A stretch of 63,789 nt of DNA, filler included, from Octopus bimaculoides (lineage: Eukaryota): the NCBI RefSeq assembly GCF_001194135.2. It is 6 parts of 6 records of this genome, joined end to end, with 100 filler letters (N's around TTAATTAATTAA, not from the genome) between each part and the next. Parts side by side here need not be neighbours in the genome. Positions count along the whole stretch, not along the records: positions 36,571 to 50,258 come from NC_069007.1; positions 50,359 to 52,017 come from NC_068991.1; 4 more parts are not named here. One strand, 5' to 3'. This document shows, one piece after another, positions 37,888-50,474 of this stretch (the first letter of the stretch is position 1; each line of letters starts with the position of its first letter). A program made the position numbers and the translations under genes. The notes beneath the pieces were generated by a model. It was given only the letters and a program-made list of their open reading frames with translations, was not told where the DNA came from and ran no database searches.

Positions 37888-38261
37888 TTCATTGAGTTAT
37901 AGATAACATTCCGGATTTTCCAAGAGTTAATTAGCAAACTCATAATTAGTAAAGGCTGCAAAAGAATATTGGTAAGAATCAAGAGATAAGCTGATACATT
38001 TTAATCCTCCATTATCTTTAATCCTCCGCTATCTTTCATTCTCCATTATCTCAGCCAGATCTATCAACATATAAAATGTATCAGACACTGAACAAGATTA
38101 ACAAAGTCTTTGTTGGTATCGAACAAACCATCTTCCTGTGAACTATATTCTACCAGAATCGTGTTGTTTGGAATCACTCTTGATTGTTCTGGAAGGGACG
38201 ATTCGGAAATTTTATGGCATTACTTGTTTCAATGCAGAAATCACCAGTCTGAGAGTGGGAG

Positions 38262-38311
<50 letters not shown>

Positions 38312-38375
38312 NNNNNNNNNNNNNNNNNNNNNNNNNNNNNNNNNNNNNNNNNNNNNNNNNNNNNNNNNNNNAGAG

Positions 38376-38452
<77 letters not shown>

Positions 38453-38574
38453 CACTGACAGACAAAAAGAAAGAAAGAGAAAGAGAGAGGGCAGGCATAT
38501 CTAAAATGGTCTTTAACAAAATCTACCAAAACTGGAGGTGCAATGTATTCTTAAGGATCCGCCAACAGTAAATC

Positions 38575-39420
38575 AACCCCGTACCTACCCAAAGCAATCA
38601 AAAATTTGTCCTAAAAATCTCTGCATGTTTTCAGACTTTCGGTTATTAAGTCCCAGGTTACTCTGACGCTTGAAAACATTGAGAATTTCTTTCACATGTG
38701 AGGCATGAACACCGGGGAAATATGTCGTGCTTATAACATATGATTCACAAGATAGACAAACGAGCTAATCAGTCCTGTTAGAAGACATTGTGTGACAGTG
38801 GTGAATTATGTTATCGAAAATATATCGTTATAGTCAACCTATCTGTGACATTAACCCCTTGCCTGTCCGAAGTATTTTCATAGGTCTGTCCTAAACGTCC
38901 ATGCTTGCTTCATGTGTTCTGGGGAATATAAAGCTTTTCTTTCATAAGTCCCAAGTTACTCAGGTGGTAAAAACATTGAGAATATGTATCATATTTGTGG
39001 CCTGTATACCAGGTAACTTTAGGGAAACTTTCTATGTGCAATACCATGGTCATTAATGGGGGTCTTTAAACCTGATAGATATGTCCTGATTATAACGTGA
39101 TTTACAGGGCAGGCAAAATGCTAAGAAATTTTGTTAGAAGAAGCAATTTAGTGTGACTTTGGTGAATCATGTTACCGAAAATACATCTTTAGAGTGAACC
39201 TATGTGTCACGTTAACCCCTTGCCTGCCCAAAGAATTTTATAAGTTTGTCCTAAAAGTCCATGCTTGTTTTCAGACTTTCAGACATTCTGAGTGATATAA
39301 AGTTTTCCTTTCATAAGTCCCAATTTACTTTGGTAATTGAAAAGAAATTGTGATTGTGAATCATTTATAATGCATGAACACCAGGGAAATAATTCCTGTG
39401 TTTAAAACAGGATACACAGG
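38575..39420. repeat. diverged tandem array of about 2.6 units (278, 361 and partial)
   Basis: Units start AACCCC at 38575, 38853 and 39214 and share TGTCCTAAA, AAGTCCCA and GTGTGAC..GGTGAAT blocks. Confidence 0.85.
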
Positions 39421-39424
39421 ACAG

Positions 39425-40045
39425 GTGAAGGGTCATATCATTATTTCATCGACCCCGAAAGGATAAAAGACACAGTTGACTCAACAGGGATTTGAATATG
39501 AAGACCTAGAATCTGCTATATATCATAAAATTTCAAATTGGACGCAAGACCAGCAAATTTGGGGAAAGGAGCTAGTCGATTACATCAACTGGTACTTATT
39601 TAATCGACCCCAAATGGACGAAAGGCAAAGTCGACCTCGGCGGAATTTGAACTCAGAACGTAAGGACTGACGAAATACCGTTAAGTATTTTTCTCGGCGT
39701 GCTAACGATTCTTTTCTACTCTAGGCACAAGGCCCGAAATTTGGGGGGAGGGGGACCAATCGATTAGATCGACCCAGTACACAGCTGGTACTTTATTTAT
39801 CAACCTCGAAAGGATGAAAGGCAAAGTCGACCTGGGTTGAATTTGGACGAAATACCGCTAAGCATTTCGCCCGGCGTGCTAACGTTTCTGCCTGCTCACC
39901 GCCTTGCTGCTAAATATAAAAATGATTTCTGACATTACCACAACGAAGTCCATTCCGGTGGAATTGGAACTCAGAATGTAATGGGTGGCTCATATATACC
40001 ACAAAGCATTTTGGCTGGTGCTCAACTGATTCTGTCAATCTATTG
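39425..40045 (-). mobile_element. three SINE family B units in tandem
   Basis: Repeated GGCAAAGTCGACCT...GAATTTGAACTCAGAA...GAAATACCG blocks. Confidence 0.85.
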
Positions 40046-40181
40046 TCCTATATAATGAAAATACTAACAATAACGTATTAATTGCATACATTCAAGAGAA
40101 AAACTAATTAAATTTCATCAGAACCGTTGTTGTCAATATTATTTATTTAATATTGCTATTGGTTACCAATGCTGGTGCGTG

Positions 40182-40223
<42 letters not shown>

Positions 40224-40850
40224 ATATATATAATACGTTCATGTAAAAGTATATAAGTGTATCTACATCTGTGTATCTATTTATGTGTGCGTGTATGTGC
40301 ATATGTGCATGCATGCATNNNNNNNNNNNNNNNNNNNNNNNNNNNNNNNNNNNNNNNNNATATATATATATATATATACATACATATGTATATATATACG
40401 TGTGTGTGTGTGTTTATATATATATATATATATATATACATACATATGTATATATATGTATGTGTGTGTCTATATATATATAAACACACACACACACACA
40501 TACTTACATCCATCCATCCATACATACATATGTATACAGACATTCACACTTACACACACAGAGGAGTTTTGATAAAAATCGATATTACGAGATGATCGAA
40601 CTATTCCCTCTTCAACCATTATCAGATGTCTTTATTCCTACACACATGTACACAATCACAGGCACACGCCAATACCCTACACGCACACACGCACACACGC
40701 ACACACGCACACATCTGCACACATACACCTGCACACACACACACATCTACAACCCAGAGACGCGCACACCTATGCATAAAAGACAGACTTAGACAAGCAC
40801 TGTTCCAACCAGTTTTACAAATAAATGGTCTTACAGAAACCAGTCCGCAC

Positions 40851-40923
40851 TATGTACACATCGCAGAATAAGACAAACTGATGACGATCGGAGATCGAAC
40901 CCGATCGAAGCGTTGTGTACATA
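40851..40923 (+). ncRNA. degenerate Penelope-type hammerhead motif
   Basis: CTGATGA(40878)-C-GATCGG/CCGATC-GAAG-CGT, with outer helix TATGTACACA/TGTGTACATA. GAAA is mutated to GAAG. Confidence 0.5.
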
Positions 40924-40957
40924 TAAACATTGATGTCTTAATATTTTATTCAAGTAA

Positions 40958-41386
40958 GGCGGCGAGCTGGCAGAAACGTTAGCACGCTTTGCGAAATGTT
41001 TAGCGGTATTTCGTCTGCTACGTTCTAAGTTCAAATTCCGCCGAGGTCGGCTTTGCCTTTCATTCTTTCGGGGTCAATTAAATAAGTACCAGTTACGCAC
41101 TGGGGTCAATATATCCGACTTAATCCCTCTGTCTGTCCTTGTTTGTCCCCTCTGTGTGTAGCCCCTTGTGGGCAGTAAAGAAATAAGAAACATTAGCACG
41201 CCGGGCGAAATGCTTAGCGGTATTTCGTCTGTCTTTACGTTCAAAGTTCAAATTCCGCCGAGATCGACCTTGCTTTTCATCCTTTCGGGGTCGATAAGCT
41301 AAGTACCAGTTGCGTACTGAGGTCGATCTAATCGACTCACTCCCTCCCCAAAAGTTTCGGGCCTTATGCCTAGAGTAGAGAAGAAT
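40958..41386 (+). mobile_element. SINE family B dimer
   Basis: Two head/body units; the second starts at AAACATTAGCACGCCGGG directly after the first tail. Confidence 0.9.
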
Positions 41387-41679
41387 ATTTTATTCGAGTG
41401 AAATGCATAGTGACTGTAACTTCGATGACAGTATTACCAAAAAAATTCATTACAATAGATTACACTGGGTAACAAAATTTTAATTTAATTTAATTTATTT
41501 GTTTAATTATTTATGTCATTGGTAAGTAAGTATTATTTCCTATTTGCTTCTATCTAGAAATGAAAAGAAATCACTACTATTCCCGTTGCTTTTATGACCT
41601 GGACATCAAAGTTTTGAAACTGACCTATTTTCCATTACATTTCAAACAAACAGATTCAGCACTGAGTTGCTAAAGCAGA

Positions 41680-41818
41680 AATATCGTTATAGCAAATATT
41701 CTGCTCAATACCACAGATTTGCTTGTCAGTTGTTTGACCTTAACCAGTTGAACATGGCCCTTAGTGGGGGAGCATCGTAGCCATGTGTTGAGTGGGATTC
41801 TTTAAGGTTTGAATAAAT
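41680..41818 (-). mobile_element. family D fragment
   Basis: Reverse complement of about 36820-36990 with an internal deletion. Confidence 0.7.
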
Positions 41819-41987
41819 GTAACAAAAGCAAAGTTTGAAGGAACATTAGCAATTTTTCATACTTTCTAGGAGTAGGGGTAATCGAATGATTGCTACCCAA
41901 GGACAAAAATCGTGTTACACCGTGTTATTAAACTCTTCATCGACATTTTTTGGTTACTCAATGTTCTTAAGGGTTCTTATAAATGTA

Positions 41988-42598
41988 TACTCTTTTACTC
42001 TTTTACTTGTTTCAGTCATTTGACTGCGGCCATGCTGGAGCACCGCCTTTAGTCGAGCAAATCGACCCCAGGACTTATTCTTTGTAAGCCTAGTACTTAT
42101 TTTATCGGTTCTTTTGCCGAATCGGTAAGTTACGAGGACGTAAATACACCAGTATCGGTTGTCAAGCGATGTTGGGGGACAAACAGATACACAAACATNN
42201 NNNNNNNNNNNNNNNNNNNNNNNNNNNNNNNNNNNNNNNNNNNNNNNNNNNNNNNNNNNNNNNNNNNNNNNNNNNNNNNNNNNNNNNNNNNNNNNNNNNN
42301 NNNNNNNNNNNNNNNNNNNNNNNNNNNNNNNNNNNNNNNNNNNNNNNNNNNNNNNNNNNNNNNNNNNNNNNNNNNNNNNNNNNNNNNNNNNNNNNNNNNN
42401 NNNNNNNNNNNNNNNNNNNNNNNNTATATATATATACATATATACGACGAGCTTCTTTCAGTTTCCGTCTACCAAATCCACTCACAAGGCTTTGGTCGGC
42501 CCGAGGCTATAGTAGAAGACACTTGCCCAAGGTGCCACACAGTTGGACTGAACCCGGAACCATGTGGTTGGTAGGCAAGCTACTTACCATACAGCCAT
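41988..42598 (-). mobile_element. SINE family A spanning a gap
   Basis: Tail at 41988, head ending near 42598. Confidence 0.88.
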
Positions 42599-42632
42599 TT
42601 CTACACCTATATACATCAAATTGTTTAAATAT

Positions 42633-42982
42633 AGGCACAGGTATGGCTGTGAGATTAAGATGCTCTCTTCGCAACCACACGGTTTCGAGTTCAGACCCAC
42701 TACGCGACATCTCAGGCAAGTGTCTTCTGCTTTGAGCCAACCAATGCTCTGTGAGTAAATTTGATAGACGCAAACTGTGAAGAAGCCCATTTTTATATGT
42801 ATGTGTGTATTTGTGCTTGTGTTTGTCGCCCCACCCAACATCCACCACTGATTGCCAACCTGTTCGATTATGTTCCCGTAGCTTAGCGGTTCGGCAAAAA
42901 GACTTGTGTCGATTTCTTCGACTAAATCCTTCCAGGGGCTGCCCCAGCATGACCACAGTCCAATAACTGAACCAAGTAAAAG
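42633..42982 (+). mobile_element. SINE family A, diverged
   Basis: Head-to-head with the previous copy. Confidence 0.8.
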
Positions 42983-43129
42983 ATTGTTAGAATTTTAAAA
43001 ATCCAGTGCTTAACTGGTACTTGGTTGGTTTTATAGACGCCGGGAAGAAGACCGGCAAAACTAACTTGGGCGGGAATTGAACGCAAAGCACGACATTTTA
43101 ACGGTTCAGCCAACCAGCACTAGTAAAAT

Positions 43130-43303
43130 AGGTGCGGGTGTGGCTGTGCTGTATGGAGTTTGCTGCCCAACCACATGGTTTTGGGTTCAGTCTCATTGTG
43201 TGGCACCTTGGGCAAGTGTCACCTACTATAAATTCGGTCCGACTAATTACTTGTGAATGGATCTAGTAGAAGGAAACTGAAAAAAGTTTGCCACATATAC
43301 ATA

Positions 43304-43369
<66 letters not shown>

Positions 43370-43555
43370 CGTGCGCGCGCTTGTGTTTGTCCCCAATACC
43401 ACTTGACAGTTGGTTTGTTTACGTCTCCGCAACCTATCGGTTCGGCAAAAGATTCGGATAGAATAAGACTGAGCAAAAATAAGTACTGGGGTCGATTTGT
43501 TCAACTAAACCCTTCATGGTGGTGCTCCAGCATGACTGCAATCCAATAACTAAAT
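43130..43555 (+). mobile_element. SINE family A, diverged
   Basis: Collinear head, (TG)n and tail. Confidence 0.82.
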
Positions 43556-43791
43556 CAAACACTAAGCATTCTCACCGCCATTACTGGATGCTTTTATTAT
43601 CTGCTACTGATATAGTTTTGTGTTTTTAAACATATCTCGTCCATTAGCGATTTTATCTCGGGACGAATACTTCAGTTGAATTGCCTTTTTGCGTTATATC
43701 TGCGTGAAATATGATACACAGATAGCTATTTTAATTTAATGTTCCTTCTGTTGCATAACATGGCTAAATAGATAGGTAGGTAGGTAGATAG

Positions 43792-43843
<52 letters not shown>

Positions 43844-43880
43844 GTGTATGTGTGTAGATACGTACGTATGAGTATGTATG

Positions 43881-43915
<35 letters not shown>

Positions 43916-44487
43916 NNNNNNNNNNNNNNNNNNNNNNNNNNNNNNNNNNNNNNNNNNNNNNNNNNNNNNNNNNNNNNNNNNNNNNNNNNNNNNNNNNNNN
44001 NNNNNNNNNNNNNNNNNNNNNNNNNNNNNNNNNNNNNNNNNNNNNNNNNNNNNNNNNNNNNNNNNNNNNNNNNNNNNNNNNNNNNNNNNNNNNNNNNNNN
44101 NNNNNNNNNNNNNNNNNNNNNNNNNNNNNNNNNNNNNNNNNNNNNNNNNNNNNNNNNNNNNNNNNNNNNNNNNNNNNNNNNNNNNNNNNNNNNNNNNNNN
44201 NNNNNNNNNNNNNNNNNNNNNNNNNNNNNNNNNNNNNNNNNNNNNNNNNNNNNNNNNNNNNNNNNNNNNNNNNNNNNNNNNNNNNNNNNNNNNNNNNNNN
44301 NNNNNNNNNNNNNNNNNNNNNNNNNNNNNNNNNNNNNNNNNNNNNNNNNNNNNNNNNNNNNNNNNNNNNNNNNNNNNNNNNNNNNNNNNNNNNNNNNNNN
44401 NNNNNNNNNNNNNNNNNNNNNNNNNNNNNNNNNNNNNNNNNNNNNNNNNNNNNNNNNNNNNNNNNNNNNNNNNNNNNNNNNNNNNNN

Positions 44488-44527
<40 letters not shown>

Positions 44528-44759
44528 CATACAGACATACATACATACATATATAAACATTCATACATACGTACGTACACACACATACATGCATACATAT
44601 ATACATGCCAAGATATAAAAGCCCACAGTGCAGAAGAGTCCTTAACCATTCATAAGAGAAAAGCGTAGTGGTGGGATGTTCCTCTGAAAATTTCAATAAA
44701 ATACAAGCATAATGGACCAGACATAGTAATTTGGGACGGAGAGGAGAAACTATGCACAA

Positions 44760-45042
44760 ATCAGTTGCTCAGTATATGTCAGCATAAAGCTAAAGATCGG
44801 CGAAAAAGAAAACACCTGTACCGACTTATTAAGAAATTTACTGCTACTCAAGCCAGATAACAAGTTCAGATTTAAACCCGTAATTATTGGGGTACTAGGG
44901 TATGCAACAAGCAGCTTCAACATCAACCTTGAGAGGTTTGAGTCCTCGAAGAAGAAAGGAGAAAGCTAACTGGAAGATTACAAACACGAGCCTTAAAGGG
45001 AATCGTCAGCATCTGTAAAACGTTCCCAAAGTTTAGCATAAA
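44760..45042 (+). mobile_element. restriction-like-endonuclease LINE 3' end
   Basis: KLKIGEKENTCTDLLRNLLLLKPDNKFRFKPVIIGVLGY resembles the KE.KY..L...PIIIGALG end of R2/R4/NeSL-type elements. Confidence 0.65.
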
Positions 45043-45242
45043 TCCATATACACCTGTCTAGACCTGCAAGTATATGTATGAATCTACATTAAAAAAAAGC
45101 ATAGAAACCTGTACACGCACGGACTCCAAATGTTTCACACATACGCACATACATGAACAAATACCCTTTTGATATTGAATTTCCAATGAATGAGTCTTGG
45201 GTCTTGTTTACAAATTGGTTCTTTCTCAGTTGGCAAGAAATC

Positions 45243-45338
45243 TTAAAGAACACTCACGTTTAAGCGGTGATGAACATGACTCCTCAGTATATATACTGCT
45301 TCCATTTCTAGTAGAGATTTTCTTAACAATCTAGTTTG
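45243..45338 (-). mobile_element. possible Penelope GIY-YIG C-terminal fragment
   Basis: QTRLLRKSLLEMEAVYILRSHVHHRLNVSVL*; same frame and stop as 46094-46189. Confidence 0.4.
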
Positions 45339-45399
45339 CTAGTTGCAAAACAAGTTACTCTGTGACACTTTTATATATATATAAATTTTATATATATAA

Positions 45400-45776
45400 C
45401 CCAGTGGTTAGGGCAGCGGACTCGTGGTCATAGGATCGCGGTTTCGATTCCCAGACCGGGCGTTGTGAGTGTTTATTGAGCGAAAACACCTAAAGCTCCA
45501 CGAGGCTCCGGCAGGGGATGGTGGCGAACCCTGCTATACTCTTTCACCACAACTTTCTCTCACTCTTACTTCCTGTTTCTGTTGTGCCTGTAATTCAAAG
45601 AGTCAGCCTTGTCACACTCTGTGTCACGCTGAATATCTCCGAGAACTACGTTAAGGGTACACGTGTCTGTGGAGTGCTCAGCCACTTGCACGTTAATTTC
45701 ACGAGCAAGCTGTTCCGTTGATCGGATCAACTGGAACCCTCGACGTCATAAGCGACAGAATGCCAACAACAACAAT
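45400..45776 (+). mobile_element. SINE family C
   Basis: Slightly 5'-truncated head, full body, (CAA)n tail. Confidence 0.92.
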
Positions 45777-45848
45777 ANNNNNNNNNNNNNNNNNNNNNNN
45801 NNNNNNNNNNNNNNNNNNNNNNNNNNNNNNNNNNNNNNNNNNNNNNNN

Positions 45849-45881
<33 letters not shown>

Positions 45882-45928
45882 CGAGTTGGGTTATACTACT
45901 GCTATGTCTAGCAGATGAGCATCCGTCA

Positions 45929-45970
45929 CTGAAGATGATCTAATAAGATCGAAATCACATAATATGGTAG
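45929..45970 (+). ncRNA. hammerhead-like core
   Basis: CTGAAGA-T-GATCT(AATA)AGATC-GAAA with perfect stem II; stems I and III are weak. Confidence 0.4.
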
Positions 45971-46093
45971 TCTCCGAGCTGGAATAGTGGAGAGTTCTCT
46001 CTCCGCTTGCAATATATATCGAGTACGAAGCGCACTGAATAGCCAGCTGGAAGAAGCGTTCTCTTGGGGCTAAAATAGCAGTATCATCTGTTC

Positions 46094-46189
46094 TTAAAAA
46101 ACGCCCACATTCAAGGGGCGATAAACATTACTTTTCCGTATAAATACTGCTTCCATCTTTAATAGAGATTTTCTTAACGAACTAGTTTG
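46094..46189 (-). mobile_element. possible Penelope GIY-YIG C-terminal fragment
   Basis: QTSSLRKSLLKMEAVFIRKSNVYRPLNVGVF* fits an L..EA..I.....PLN pattern. Confidence 0.45.
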
Positions 46190-46225
46190 CTAAATAATAA
46201 CATACATATAATACAGACATACGTG

Positions 46226-46259
<34 letters not shown>

Positions 46260-46657
46260 GATACACACGTGGAGGAAAGAGGTGTAATGCTTCTGGTCGT
46301 ATGTCTGCTCATTCAAGCGCTGTATGGGAGTCTAAAACAACAAAATCATGTTATTGTTCTTTTTGTACCCAGGTTTAGAATGGATGCATGGCTGATTAAC
46401 TGTAACGATCTCCCTTCGTGCCTTAGTTTCGTGTCATCACCAGAATAAAGAGACTTCATCATCCATTAGCGAAAAATTGCTCTTGTCCTCGTTGTTCAAT
46501 TGTACAGCAACAGCGCAAGAAGCTATCATGTGTATGTATGTATGTATGTATGTATGTATGTGTGTACACTCACGAACTCACCGCTTACATGTATAATCAG
46601 TGATGAGTCGATGAAAGGATAGCGGGGGAGAAAAATTGATGTGATGATTACATACAT

Positions 46658-46704
<47 letters not shown>

Positions 46705-47449
46705 NNNNNNNNNNNNNNNNNNNNNNNNNNNNNNNNNNNNNNNNNNNNNNNNNNNNNNNNNNNNNNNNNNNNNNNNNNNNNNNNNNNNNNNNNNNNNNNN
46801 NNNNNNNNNNNNNNNNNNNNNNNNNNNNNNNNNNNNNNNNNNNNNNNNNNNNNNNNNNNNNNNNNNNNNNNNNNNNNNNNNNNNNNNNNNNNNNNNNNNN
46901 NNNNNNNNNNNNNNNNNNNNNNNNNNNNNNNNNNNNNNNNNNNNNNNNNNNNNNNNNNNNNNNNNNNNNNNNNNNNNNNNNNNNNNNNNNNNNNNNNNNN
47001 NNNNNNNNNNNNNNNNNNNNNNNNNNNNNNNNNNNNNNNNNNNNNNNNNNNNNNNNNNNNNNNNNNNNNNNNNNNNNNNNNNNNNNNNNNNNNNNNNNNN
47101 NNNNNNNNNNNNNNNNNNNNNNNNNNNNNNNNNNNNNNNNNNNNNNNNNNNNNNNNNNNNNNNNNNNNNNNNNNNNNNNNNNNNNNNNNNNNNNNNNNNN
47201 NNNNNNNNNNNNNNNNNNNNNNNNNNNNNNNNNNNNNNNNNNNNNNNNNNNNNNNNNNNNNNNNNNNNNNNNNNNNNNNNNNNNNNNNNNNNNNNNNNNN
47301 NNNNNNNNNNNNNNNNNNNNNNNNNNNNNNNNNGAGAGAGAGAGAGGGAGAGAGAGAGAGAGGGAGAGAGAGAGAGAGGGAGAGAGAGAGGGAGCTCACG
47401 TCCGACCGGTTTTTTTTCTTTTGATAGTATCTCCACCAATATTAATAAC

Positions 47450-47736
47450 AACAACAATAATAATAATGATGATGATGACCATCATCATCATCATCATCAT
47501 CATGCTAATAATAATATTGCTAGTGATAATGCTAAAAAGAGTTCTAATGAAGGCATTAGCTATTATCGCTAAATATATTTAGTGCAACAACGACGACATT
47601 AAGATGGCTTATTGTGTTCGAACGCCATTGTTTAGCGGCGGCGGCGGCCATATTAAAACGAGGAGAAACAATGAAAAGTGACTGGTTTCGTGAGGCGTTG
47701 CTGCAGCTGCTGCTGCTGCTGCTGTTGTTGTTGTTG

Positions 47737-47772
<36 letters not shown>

Positions 47773-47812
47773 TTATACCTGTTGCTGTTGTTAAGATTTA
47801 TCCTGATATTGC

Positions 47813-47855
<43 letters not shown>

Positions 47856-47906
47856 GTTTTTGTTGTTGTTATTATTATTAATATCATCATTATTATTATT
47901 ATTATT

Positions 47907-47941
<35 letters not shown>

Positions 47942-47945
47942 TATT
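47450..47945. repeat. compound trinucleotide microsatellites
   Basis: (GAT)n, (CAT)n, (CTG)n and (ATT)n directly visible. Confidence 0.9.
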
Positions 47946-47949
47946 AATC

Positions 47950-48140
47950 TGGTAAGATGGCTGAATCGTGTGTCAAAAAAAATACTTAGCAGTATTTCTT
48001 CCGGCTCGTCACGTTCCGAGTTCAAATGCCACCAAAGTCGACACTTCACCTTTCATCCTCACGCGATCGATAAAATAAGTACCAGTCTAATCAACCTGCC
48101 CCTCCCCTCAAAATTGCTGGCCTTGCGTCAAATTTGGACG
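47950..48140 (+). mobile_element. SINE family B, diverged
   Basis: GAGTTCAAATGCC...TCGACACTTCACCTTTCATCC...GATAAAATAAGTACCAG. Confidence 0.8.
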
Positions 48141-49298
48141 GAACAGTTACTGTTCACTTTTTAATTGTTTAACGATCAGTTAAACTCTCGGTAAAGAAAC
48201 TTATAATCGAAACGTTCTAGCCATGATCATCGCATCTTATTTGCGACAAATGCATCAAAGATTGTTATCCATATTATGCCCTTCCGTTTTTTTAGGACAA
48301 TGAGGTATTTTTTAAGCGGATTTGGTCGCACTTTCTCCTAGTTCGAGCGGCCATACACTGGCTGTTCCTGCTGCTGCTGTTTTTGTTGTTAATGTTGTTG
48401 CTAATGCTCTGACTCCTGTTGCTCTTTTTATTAGTGCATTTGCTGTAGTTGCTATTGTTACTACATATGCCATTACTTCTGCTGCTGCTGCAGCAGCTGT
48501 TGTTGTTGTTGTTGCTTCAATTAAATGGCATACTTATCAGGCAACAACAATGCAACAACCATCATCATCATCATCATTGCCATCATTCACGTCTCCATCA
48601 ACCACCACCACCACCACCACCACCACCACCNNNNNNNNNNNNNNNNNNCCACATCCACCACAAACACCACCACCACCACCACCACCACCGAGCCAATCAC
48701 ATCTACGCGCAAACATGCACACACATGCGTACGCACACACACAAACATTCATACTTCAACGCAACTCAGTTTACATCTACATACACACACACACACACAT
48801 TTATGTACATACATCTACACTCACCGATATGCATTTACACATGCTTACATGTACACACAAATACATATAAACACCAAGACATACACAACTACTTAACGCT
48901 ACAGATATACACACATACACACACACAAGCACAAACAACGACACACAAAACTACACACATGCACACATAAATTTATACCTACACACACACGCACAACTAC
49001 ATACACATACATACACATTCACTCACAACTACATACATCGCTACATACACACATGCACACATACAACTACACACGCATACACACTCATTCACACACAACT
49101 ACATTCTTCCCTACATGCACACATATATATATCTATACCCCTCCTACACACACACAGCTACACACGCATATACACACAATCAGACAACCACACACACAAT
49201 TACATACATCCCTACACACATGCACACATTTATATCTATACCCACACGCGCCCGCGCACAACCACACACACAATTATATACATCTCTACACACATATG

Positions 49299-49334
<36 letters not shown>

Positions 49335-49732
49335 NNNNNNNNNNNNNNNNNNNNNNNNNNNNNNNNNNNNNNNNNNNNNNNNNNNNNNNNNNNNNNNNNN
49401 NNNNNNNNNNNNNNNNNNNNNNNNNNNNNNNNNNNNNNNNNNNNNNNNNNNNNNNNNNNNNNNNNNNNNNNNNNNNNNNNNNNNNNNNNNNNNNNNNNNN
49501 NNNNNNNNNNNNNNNNNNNNNNNNNNNNNNNNNNNNNNNNNNNNNNNNNNNNNNNNNNNNNNNNNNNNNNNNNNNNNNNNNNNCCAGTTTGCTTGCAGAG
49601 ATGCACACAACGAAGACGGCATCGTTAAGTGTTAACTTCCCTCTCACGACAGCTAACATGGTTCAACTGCAATCACGCTACCATTGACACAAAGTGCATA
49701 ATGTGTGCACTGACGCATGCACTGTACTGCAA

Positions 49733-49773
<41 letters not shown>

Positions 49774-50390
49774 TGCACATTCGCATACAACACCGCCATA
49801 ACACCAGAGTCGCTCGTGTGTTTTCTGTGTCACGTAGTACCTGTTACATTGTGATTCTGAGTCCAGCGCAGCTCAAATAAACTTTATCTTGCATCCTTTC
49901 GAGATCGATAACATCATAACCAGTCGACAGAATAGGTAACTAGGTAGACGTCACCAACTCCACCTCAGAAGGTGTCGTCACAGCATCGCACCGCTCCAAT
50001 GATTTTTACATGTGGGACGATGGTCTCAAAAGATTATCGCCACGCTCCACTGATTTTTGCTGGTGCGGGACGATGGCCACTCACAGTTATGGTAGCTTAC
50101 ACTGAACCTAATATATTTAATTCATCGATTTTTACTCAAGTTATCGATCACTGATGAATTAAAGGAAATGTTGAAGTGGGCAGGTGTTGAACTCAAAATG
50201 TTAACGGACGTAACCACTCTATTTCTGACAACAGGTATATATATATATATATATATATNNNNNNNNNNNNNNNNNNNNNNNNNNNNNNNNNNNNNNNNNN
50301 NNTTAATTAATTAANNNNNNNNNNNNNNNNNNNNNNNNNNNNNNNNNNNNNNNNNNNNTATATATAACTTACTTGGAAAAGGATGCGTGG

Positions 50391-50472
50391 CGTTCGATCA
50401 TATAATAATATAAATAATATATAGATATATGCATATATCTATATATTATTTATATTATTATATGATCGAACG
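50391..50472. repeat. 82-bp perfect palindrome
   Basis: 41-nt arms checked base by base; centre at 50431/50432. Confidence 0.95.
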
Positions 50473-50474
50473 AG

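Noticed and set aside
50151-50170. CTGATGA...GAAA
   Set aside because: No stem II; part of a decayed family B SINE.
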